NCBI GenBank assembly: GCA_964106915.2
Contig: OZ066928.1
DNA: 64,000 nucleotides
Strand: one strand, 5' to 3'
Origin: Podarcis gaigeae
Taxonomy: Eukaryota
The notes under the pieces are model-generated. The model was not told where the DNA came from. It did not search any database and worked only from the letters and a program-made list of their open reading frames with translations. A program made the position numbers and the translations under genes. Below are positions 26,931-36,900 of this stretch, in pieces. Positions within the stretch are counted from its first letter, which is position 1. Every line of letters begins with the position of its first letter.

Positions 26931-27414
26931 TTCAATCACCTCAAGTTTTGAGAGAGAAAGATCAGAGTGTAAATGTCTGTTCCAGAAGAACAGCCATGTT
27001 GAATCTGCAATAGCAGGAAGCCTAAAATACAGTAATGCAACACTGGCAGGTTATGTCCTATGAAAAGTTCACTAAATAAGTATTCTGTCATACAAGCAAC
27101 TCATGTTCTACCTACATGCTTCCAATGGACACAATGTCCTTTAAGTAGAAGTGATTTTTCTGTGAAGTGGCCCAATGTTCACTAATAGGGTAAGCATAAC
27201 TAGCCTCCCTTTGCTACTTTTGACAGAAGGAAAAAGGGATTTTTTTCTCTCCAGGCCTCAAATACTCTTGGGGTACGCTGGTATAATCATAACCTTATGG
27301 GGTGGGGGGAGAAAGAAGATGGTGCCTGAAGCAAGTCTCCTATGAGCACCAGCAGAGTGAGTAGGAGCTTTTAAAAACACGGGGGGAAAGACACACTCCC
27401 AGAAAACAAGCTTA

Positions 27415-27640
27415 CAGTGGTACCTCGGGTTAAGTACTTAATTCGTTCTGGAGGTCTGTACTTAATCTGAAACTGTTCTTAACCTGAAGCACCACTTTAG
27501 CTAATGGGGCATCCTGCTGCCGCCGCGCCGCCAGAGCACGATTTCTGTTCTCATCCTGAAGCAAAGTTCTTAACCTGAAGCACTATTTCTGTGTTAGCGG
27601 AGTCTGTAACCTGAAGCATATGTAACCCGAGGTACCACTG
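27415..27640. mobile_element. Tc1/mariner (Tigger-like) MITE
   Basis: TA|CAGTGGTACCTCGGGTTA...TAACCCGAGGTACCACTG|TA. Confidence 0.88.
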
Positions 27641-28153
27641 TATATCCCAGCCAGCTAAGGACTCCAGGAGTCACCAGACAGCATTTTAAACATCCTCCCT
27701 TCCTTTGAGGCTCTTCTAAAGCCCCTCTGAAATCCTGCTGAAGCTATCCAAAACTCCTTGAGGTTATCTAAAACTATTTTGAGGCTAATTACCACGTTCC
27801 GAGTTTCTTTCAAACAAAGCCCTCAAATATACGGACGGGACAATGTAACCCAAATCTAGTCCAGGGGTGGTACTCACAAGACAGAGTTATAAGGAACTGG
27901 GAATTTCTCTTACACAAGCTGCAGAAATGCCCCCCAAGGAAAAAACAGGCCAAAATCTTATAGTATTTCAAACCAAAAGCAGACGATACAAGAAACATGG
28001 AGAGCTTGCACTCTCACAAATTGTCTGTCGACCGTATCTGGCATGGGAAGGATATGGAACCTTATAGGGACTATTTACCTCTTTTGTACTACAGGTGATG
28101 TGGGAACTACTTGCTATTGATCTTCCATAAGTCTTTTGAATGGCAAGTGAATA

Positions 28154-28398
28154 CAGTCATAACTCAGGTTGAAGTAGCTTCAGGTTAAGTATTTTCGGGT
28201 TGCACTCCGCAGCGACCCAGAAGTAACGGAGCACGTTACTTCCGGGTTCGGCCACTCGCAAATGTGCAGATGCTCAAAATGACGTCATGCGCATGCGCGG
28301 AAGCGGCAAAACGCGACCCCGCAGTTGCGTGTTATGTTCTACTCAGGATGCGAACGGGGCTCCGGAATGGATCCCACTGGCATCCAGAGGTACCACTG
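28154..28398. mobile_element. Tc1/mariner-like MITE
   Basis: TA|CAGT...GAGGTACCACTG|TA; related inverted copy at about 34448-34686. Confidence 0.7.
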
Positions 28399-28689
28399 TA
28401 CCTGAAAAAGGGCCTATATTTATCCCCCTCTCCCTTCGAGGTGATGTTGCAATACTTAGGTGTCTGTGCTTGAGACCAAGACTCAGCTGACTTTTGGGCG
28501 TATGTAAGCTAGCAGAATTCTGGGTGTTGGCTGTGACTCTCTGGAGATCTGGAGTTGCGTCAAACGCATATTAAAAAATTTGAGTTGCACAATTAAAAGT
28601 TGGTTTGGCACCCACTTAAAACAAAAAACCCCAAGCCTGGGACTTTTGGGATATAAATTCACTGGAAACATAGGAGGGGTGCGGCGGAA

Positions 28690-28760
28690 ATAACTAGACA
28701 TTAAACAACATCTCCACAAACCAACCAGGATGAATGTTCAATAAACAGGTTGCCTGCGTA
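28690..28760. repeat. Unclassified dispersed repeat (related copies near 10505, 48220 and 63835)
   Basis: Shared core CAGGATGAATGTTCAATAAACAGGTTGCCTG. Confidence 0.55.
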
Positions 28761-29201
28761 TTTGCAATTAAACACAAATAATACGAAATGCCAGTAAGTC
28801 TCCATATACACGTATACTCTTAGCTGTTTCGTAGGCTGCCTTGAAAGCTCCGGAGTAAATAGGCGGCAAATTTTACTTTAGATACACGCGCGCCCCTGCC
28901 AACCACAAACCACCAAGGTAACATAAAACATTAAAGGGGCTTACTTTGGGCGGAAAAGCAGACACCCCCTTCTGTCTCCCCAGCCAAGTAACACCCGTCC
29001 CTAATATATTTTAGGGGGGCGGAAATTACAGGTAAAGTAAGATTAAAAGGGACCAAGGCCACTCTGGATTTATTAATCCGGATTTTTGAAAGGAAGCTTT
29101 CCGCGGTTCCCCTGAGAGCGAGGGGCCCCCCCTGGGCCTGAGGCGAGCGGGGAGGTCGAGGCCTGTCTAAGGGCGGCGGGTGGGGTGGGGCGCGCCGGTA
29201 C

Positions 29202-29373
29202 CTGTCGCTGCCGTCGCTCTCTTCCCTGTCAGGAGCAGCTGCCGGCAGGCCTCCCGCGGCGTCCCTTCCTCTCTCCGCCTCCTCCTCCGCCCCGTAGCCG
29301 CCTGTTCCGCTTCCGTAGCTTCCGGGGCGGAGCAGGGCTGGCCACCTTTGGCACACTGGGCTGCCGGCTGCCG
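29202..29373. promoter_or_regulatory. Bidirectional CpG-island promoter with the non-coding first exons of NIPA2-like (-) and TAF7 (+)
   Basis: Minus-strand donor CAG|GTACCG at 29202 and plus-strand donor CCG|GTAAGT at 29373; three tandem TTCCG ETS cores (29304-29327) and GC boxes lie between them. Confidence 0.75.
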
Positions 29374-30270
29374 GTAAGTGACTGGGGAGGTGGGGGTGGG
29401 CGAGGCGGCCCCCGGGGGGACAGGCCTCATCTGAGCACTGCTGCTCCCAAGCCCAGCTCACCGAGGCCTCCGCCGGCCCCAGATCCCTCCCTAGACCCTT
29501 CCTTTCATTTTTCGGGACTTTCCCACTTTCTCTCCGCGCTATCTCATCCCACCCCCAAAGGGGGGGAAAAACCACCTTCAGGGCTCCCCATACCCTCGCA
29601 ACATCACCTCCGATGAAATAGGAGCGGCCCCCTATCCCATAATGATGATATGGGATATTCTGGGCTCAGATCCAGAAACCAGGATGGGGGTGGGGTGGGC
29701 GAGGCGCCCCCCGGGAGGATAGTCAGAGGGCTGCCCTTTGAAAATAGGGACACACTGAGAGTCTGGGAGCCTGCACCCTAAACAGCACCCCAAGACTCGT
29801 TCCTTACTCTTCTCCAGGCCCACTGCTATCCCCTGTCTGCTTCAACGCCCCCCATAACCCTAATGAGCACCTTCAAGAGCATATGATGGAAAGAGATATC
29901 CCAGCACTAAAGCAGCCCCCACAACCCAGGGCCCCCCCTTTCCTTTCTTGCAGCTCGGAATTCTTCCTTCCCCCACTTTGCAGTGGCCCCGAGCCCCAGG
30001 CAGCCTCCTGCCAAGGAGGTGTAGGAAAGAACCACCCCCCCAAGAGTTGCTCTTTTTCTTCAAACCCACAGTTATTCTCTGCCGCACCACCTTAGTTTCA
30101 TCGATGCCCCCAACCCTAAATGGCACCCCCAAGAAAGCATTGGAAAGAGATTCCCCAACCCTGCAACAGTTCTCCTTCCTTTCTATCTCTTCCCCAACTC
30201 AGAACTCTTCCTTGATTATCCACACCTGTTGCTTCCACATTTGAGAGCTCACCCCCCCCCCCAGCAGAAC

Positions 30271-30515
30271 CAGTGTGCTGTAGTGGTTAGGAGCGGTAGT
30301 CTTGTAATCTGGGGAACCGGGTTCGCATCTCCACTCCTCCACATGCAGCTGCTGGGTGATCTTGGGCCAGTCACACTTCTCTGAAGTCTCTCAGCCCCAC
30401 TCACCTCACATAGTGTTTGTTGTGGCGGAGGAAGGGAAAGGAGAATGTTAGACGCTTTGAGACTCCTTAAAGGGAGTGAAAGGCGGGATATCAAATCCAA
30501 ACTATTCTTCTTCTT
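30271..30515 (+). mobile_element. tRNA-derived SINE (Squam3-like)
   Basis: A-box/B-box-like head, (CTT)n tail and flanking CAGAAC repeat; second copy at 32029. Confidence 0.78.
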
Positions 30516-31290
30516 CAGAACGTGGGGTGCATGGTTAAGCCATGGTACTCACTTCTACAGGAGGCTGAAATGGCAACCAAACTGGATGGCTTTAAAAGAG
30601 GATTAGACAAACTCATGGAGGACATGACTATTCATGGATGCTAGCCATGATGGCAATGCTTGATAATCTCCAAAACCAGAGGCGGTATTGCTTCAGAATG
30701 GCAATTGCTGGAAACTGCAGGAGGGGAGATGTGCTCTCATGCTTGGGTCCTGCTTGCGGTTTTCACACAATATAAATTGAAGCAGAGTTTGTGTACTAAT
30801 TAAAAAAAATAAAACGAAGAACTTAAAAGAGACTTTCTGCAACAGACCAAAAGCCCATCTAATCCTCCATCCTGTTCTCAGTATTAGATGCCTGTGGGGA
30901 AATCTGCAAGCAGGGTCTGAATGCAACAGCACTCCCCTCACTTGTGATTTCATGCAGTTGGTATTTAGAGGCCTATTGACTCTGACAGTGGAGGAAGAAT
31001 GTAAACATTGTGACTAGCTGCCACTGATAAGATAAATTCATGCAAAATGGGACCAATTCTTTCTTAAAGCCATCCCAAGTTGGTAGCTTTTAGTATCATT
31101 TAAATGCCCTGTTGCATGTGTAAGTAAGTTGGTTAAATGATACATTTTAATACACTTAAACTGGGCGCAATTTTAAATCAGCTTTGATGGGGAAAGCTCC
31201 ATGCTTTGTATGGAGAAGGTCCCCAGTCCAGCCTCTGGCACTTCCTGTATCAGCATGGAAAACTAACAGGGTAGCAGCTTTGGTTTAGAT

Positions 31291-31466
31291 CAGGCATCTT
31301 CAGCCTTTTCAGGCCCAGGGCCCACCTTCAATCCAAATTTGCATCTGGGGACCCATTTATTATTTTTTACCATATATTTGCATGGTGGTAATGCTCCTGT
31401 TGTGACCCACCTTGGAAAACGCAGCAATTCACTAGTGGGTCCCAGCCCACCAGTTGAAGACTAATG
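31291..31466. mobile_element. Degenerate hAT-like MITE
   Basis: CAGGCATCTTCAGC...GTTGAAGACTAATG termini with TAGAT-ending flanks. Confidence 0.5.
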
Positions 31467-32028
31467 ATCTAGATGGTTTGATCATCTGACTTTGTATAAG
31501 ACATTATTCAACCAGATCCATGCACAATGCAAGGATTTGGTCTTGTACCTGTAGTACTCAATGATGTCTTCATTCAAGTAAAGTCTGTTTCCCCTCCCCA
31601 GTTTAAAATAATATGGTTTCCAGCTATCCTGATTTAATTCATCTCTGATATAGCCATTGGATAGTCTTGCAAAGCATTCTTTCCACACAAAAAACCAGTT
31701 ATTGTGTAATGGCTCAGAGACTGAACCACAATCCAGATGCTTAATCAGCCTCAGCCCCTTCGCTCACCTGATGTGTAAGGAGAATGACTGACTTTGCAGA
31801 GTTGTTGGAGTAAGATACTGCATACTAAGTGCTTTGAATGTTCCAATTATTTTTCAAAATACTAATACTAACTATTATTCAACATACATGACATTACTTC
31901 TTTGGTTGTGTCCTATCTATGGTCCTTAAAAAATGCTTCATTTTGGAGTCAACGTATGTAAGTTTCATACTGGTAACCACTAAAAAAGCTGAGGATAATC
32001 TGATTTCTGAACTTTTTTGCCTTTTTTG

Positions 32029-32370
32029 CCAGTATGGTGTAGTGGTTAAGAGCGGTAGTCTCGTTATCTGGGGAACCGGGTCTCTGCTCCTCCACATGCA
32101 GCTGCTGGGTGACCTTGGGACAGTCAGTCAGTCAGTTTTATTGCACATAGCCAAAGGCTGCCGCAATGTACACAGAATTATTTGACAATTAAAAGAAAAT
32201 ATACTACCTTGGGCCAGTCACACTTCTTTGAAGTCTCTCAGCCCCACTCACCTCACAGAGTGTTTGTTGTCGGGGAGGAAGGGAAAGGAGAATGTTAGCC
32301 GCTTTGAGACTCCTTAGGGTAGTGATAAAGCGGGATATCAAATCCAAACTCTTCTTCTCCAAACTCTTCT
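32029..32370 (+). mobile_element. tRNA-derived SINE (Squam3-like) with a nested 79-bp LINE tail
   Basis: Matches the 30271 copy except for an insert at 32127-32205. Confidence 0.78.
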
Positions 32371-33846
32371 ATGGTAAGTATGGCAACCATAGTGCCATCC
32401 AGATATTTTAAGATAACAACTTCCATCACTCTTGCCCATTATCATGCTGTCTGGGAATTTGAAGTCCATAACATCTGGATTCATAACATTCAATTCTAAT
32501 CCAACCTAGACAGATGCCAATGGTCAGGTATGCTGGGAGTTGTAGTCTTCAATACCTGGAAAGAACCATGTTGGGCTACCCTTGCTACAGGTAAACAAAT
32601 TATTGCCTGCAGATTAGCTGATCCTCAGCTATAGAGAGAGAGGTTATGTGGGATGGGGAAGAGTTCAGGGGAAGAGTTCAAGGGAATTATTATTATTACT
32701 AAGGGAATTATTGTTATTGTTATTGTTGTTTTTGTTATAGAATCTCATTCATGGGGACAGAGAAACAGCAATTTGATGTATTTAATCTCACTTTAGTAGC
32801 AGGCATTGTTTGATCTACAGACATTTTTCTTTTCTTTTTTTTAACTGTTGTTTTCTGCATTTATGTTTAGTTTTTTTGAATGGTACAAGTTTTTATAAAC
32901 GTTTGCGTGAAGCAAGAAGAGGAGAGATGGCATCTACAAGTAATGCATTTGTTTCTTTTATGATACTCTGGTGTTGGCTCTGTAGTTCTTTCTAGAAGAA
33001 GGATCTAAATGCAAATATTACTCCTGCCTTTCTGAAATTATCCAAAAGAGGACTGCAAGCCTTTGGAGTGTGATTAGGGGAATGGAGGGGGCGGACCGGA
33101 GCAAAAATGTTGATGAGCTGCTGTGTTTTGAGACAGTGAAATCTGTAGCCTTTTACACATGTGGCATCCATTGCCAACTTTATATAAGGTTTTACTGTCA
33201 CTAGTTCAGTGGCAGGGAATCTCCACTTTTACTTGCCACCCAGTCAGCACCCAGTGCTTCATAAATGGCAGGATCTTTACTCCCAACGGCTGCATTCTCC
33301 TTATGCTTCAAACAGTAATCTTATACTGTACTGTATGATTCCTGCATTCCTTTGATCTTGTGTGTATTGTCAAATCTGATTTTCTACACTGCTGATCACA
33401 CCTTATTTGAAAGAGCTAAGAATGACTTTTTCAGAGTATGGGGTGGGGAAGAAGAGAGAAGCTTTGCTAGCTTGATTCTGCTCTTTATCTTAAAGCTGTT
33501 GAGTTTTGCCCTGTCGTATGACTGAAACTGCGACTCAGAGTAAATTATGGAGACCGTAGTGGCTATGTGGGCAAACCCTTTTGCTTTTACCATCTTGCCT
33601 TTTATTTCTTAAGCTGCCAGTTGCATCTGTGGCTTTATTGTCCAGAATATGCTTTTCATGTGTGGTGCAAGTTCTCTAGTTCCTTCAAATAAGGTGCTTC
33701 TGAGCAGAATGCATTTGGGTGTACTGCTACTTTGAGGCTATTAGCAACACAGCAGGTTGGATAACAAAGCTTGAGAGAAGCTACTTTTAAGCCAACAGGT
33801 AACCATGCTTTCTCTTTTCTTGTTCCCTGAAACACAAGAACAAAAG

Positions 33847-33912
33847 ATGAGCAAGAACAAAGATGATGCTCCCCATGAATTGGAGAGCCAGTTTATACTG
33901 AGACTGCCTCCG
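33847..33912 (+). CDS. TAF7: TAF7 coding exon 1
   Basis: Encodes [22 protein letters not shown]. Confidence 0.94.
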
Positions 33913-36900
33913 GTAAGAGACCCTTTGCAATAAATAGCCTCAAAGTGCTCTGTGCTTGCTTCCTGATTCTATTGCTGGAGGCATGAATATGGGTTGGTAC
34001 AGTGGGACCTTTCTGTACACCCATGTTCAGCCCACGTCTTCGGCGCCTGCATGGGCTGGGTGTCGGGAGCACCTTCTCTGACTTTCCGATCACAGGAACG
34101 TAGGAACATCCAACACAGCATTCCTGAGGAATAGGTCCTGGTGCAGTGGACTCACATTTGCTCACATGAGCACCTGAAACGCAGCAGAGTAACAGAAGCA
34201 AAGCTGTGGAGGTTTTGTTGCATACCTAATTTATTTCTTCTAATTAAACAAACAAAAGAACATAACAAACATGTACGAGAGAAACAGCTCTCTCATACTG
34301 CCATCTTGTTTCTAGACAGGTCAAAGAAAAAGACACATAGTGCTAGGGATGGAAGTCTAGAAGAGTAGCTTCCTCCCCCTCCTTTAGACAGAAAGTAAAA
34401 CAAACATGATCTGGTGATCCTTGCAAAGGGAAGGATGAAAATGCTGACAGTACTTACGGACCCGATCCATTCCAGGGTGCCGTTCGCACCCTGAAAAGTC
34501 CGCTAGAGTGCCGCTTCTGTGCCTGCATGTGACACAATAGAGCGCTCCTGCGCATGCGTGAAGTGCACAGATTGCTCCTGCACATGCGTGAAGCGGCGAA
34601 CCCGGAAGTAAACACGTCCTGGTTTGCCGCATTCGTAACCTGAAAAAACGCAACGTGAAGCAAAAGCAAATTGAGGTATGACTCTATTGTAAACTCTGCC
34701 TTTTCAGGAACATGCTTCTACTGTGCGGAGGGCAGTTCAGTCTGGAAGTGTCAACTTGAAGGACAGGCTTACCATAGAATTGCATGGTAAGAGGACCAGG
34801 TCAATGAGTTCTTACTTCTTGGGAGGTGTATCCAGTGCTAGTCCTTCTCAGAGTAGACCCACTGAAATGAATGGACATGGCTAACTTTGGCCTATTAATT
34901 TCAGTGAGTCTAGTCTGAGTAAAACTTAATCAGCTAGAACACTTGACTTTTGTTGTTACACATTTATTACCTTAAGCTATTCATCAGGTCCTGCAGTTTG
35001 GAACGCCCAGTCATTAGGAAGCTATTGGGTGGGGCTACATGAAATTGCTGGGGAGGGAGAGGGATTGTTCTGCCACTGATGCCTCTAAAAACAGTGGAAA
35101 AGTTGGATTAGTTTTTTGTAAATGGGAGTAGTACAACTGGTATTTTCTCCTATCTATACTTCAGGAAGATAATATATCTAATCCACGTTCCCACCTGTAA
35201 TGTTGGTTTCCACATGCATGAATATCACTTGATTTGATTGGCTGTTCAGTAGGTGACTTATGTGTTTGAGGTTACATGAGCATTATTTTAATGATAACCC
35301 ATTCACATTTGCAAGTTATCACTGAATGTTGCAGTAATCAAAGTTCTGCACAGTATGCCAGTATTATTTTTTTTGTTGTAAAGGAAAACATGATTGAGAT
35401 GTATAGGTGTCTTCCAACTTATGTGTGATCAACTCATGCGTGACTGGGAAATAATTAAATAATTCAATTCAAACCCAGAAATGGCAGGAGGGAGCTGGCT
35501 CACGAGGAGACCCTCTATGGAGCCTGAAGACGGTGCCAGTAAGGGCAGAGGAAGCCCCGAAGAGACCGGAAGCACAGTGGGGCTTTGTTCTGGCTGCTTA
35601 GCCTCCTTGTCTAACATCCGACATGTGGGGTAGCTCAGGAGCAGCAGCCTCTTTCCCATGCAGCCTCCAGCTGACCCCAGAATGTCAATTCTAGTTGTGC
35701 ATATTTTTTGATACAGTATTTTTGGTATGAGAGGGAGTTTAGAGGGTGCGCCACGCTTTATACGATTTCATTTATGTGTGCAGGGGGCTGGAAGCAACCC
35801 CCTTGTTAGTGTGGGGATGCCTGTATAAAATGATGCGGACACAGAGAAGTTTTTCTCACTCTCTCATAGAATTTGGCATCCCATGGAGCCAAATGTTGAG
35901 AGGACAGACAAAAGGAACAACTTCTTCACATAATTTGTAGTTAATAGTTTATAGTTACTGTGTAATTTGCTACCCCAAGATGTAGTGATGGCCAGCAGCT
36001 AGGATGATTTTAAAAGAGAATTGGACAAATTCATGGCTACTGGTGGCTGCTAGTTCTGATGGCTACATTGCCTCCAATATCAGAAGCAGTATGCTTCTGA
36101 ATACCAGTTGAGGAGGAACACAAGCAGGAGATTATTGCTCTTATGCCCTCAGGGTGACCATTGAGGCAAATAGGAAACTGAGCTAGATATGCCTTTGGTC
36201 TGATCCAGCAGGGTTCTTATAAAGTAGCACACATGCATACATGTTAAACATGCCAGAACTGTGTTTTGAATTGCTAATAAGATACCACGAATCTTCAAGT
36301 GCAAGCCTACTTTCCTCTCTGCAGCAGATGGCCGCCATGGGATTGTGCGAGTAGACCGGGCCCCATTAGCCGCCAAGCTGGTGGACTTGCCTTGTATCAC
36401 AGAGAGTTTAAAAACAATCGATAAGAAGACTTTCTATAAGACAGCAGATATTTGCCAAGTAAGTATTGTCTCATGGTCTGGATATCAGACTTTCTCTGTC
36501 CTCCCTGTGTCTTGTACACAGTCTCAATTTTGCCCCACTCTCATTTCCATGCTAGAAGCTCTTTATGGATGTTCCACGATGTAAAACATCTACACCCAAT
36601 TTTGAGTGTGAGAAATTCCTTACAGTTGGCTGTTCCCCCAAAGCAAGAAAATTGAACGGTCTTAGAGAGGCTTGTGCCTCATACTGTTGGTGACAAAATG
36701 GTTGGTTGTCTCCTCTTCTCCCCAGTGCTTTCATATCCAACCAGTGCTGGCTTCAGATTTTGGCCAGCCTTCAGGCACAATGATCTCGATGGGGCCCTTA
36801 CCTCCATGAGTTCAAGAATTCAAATACCAAAATAATAGGAAGGTACAAATATTAAACAAAACCTATACCATACTGAAACTTCAGATGGTTACATCCATAG

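Noticed and set aside
28931-29616. Overlapping 87-214 aa ORFs in the CpG island
   Set aside because: These are stop-poor GC-rich frames with no recognisable domain that run across both first-exon donors; the longest starts at GTG.
29391-29720. Roughly 27-bp G-rich direct repeat in TAF7 intron 1
   Set aside because: Low-complexity GC-rich sequence with no supportable function.
30271-30345. tRNA-like sequence (also at 32029 and in the Sauria SINE heads)
   Set aside because: These are SINE heads that continue into repeat bodies and do not form a complete cloverleaf.
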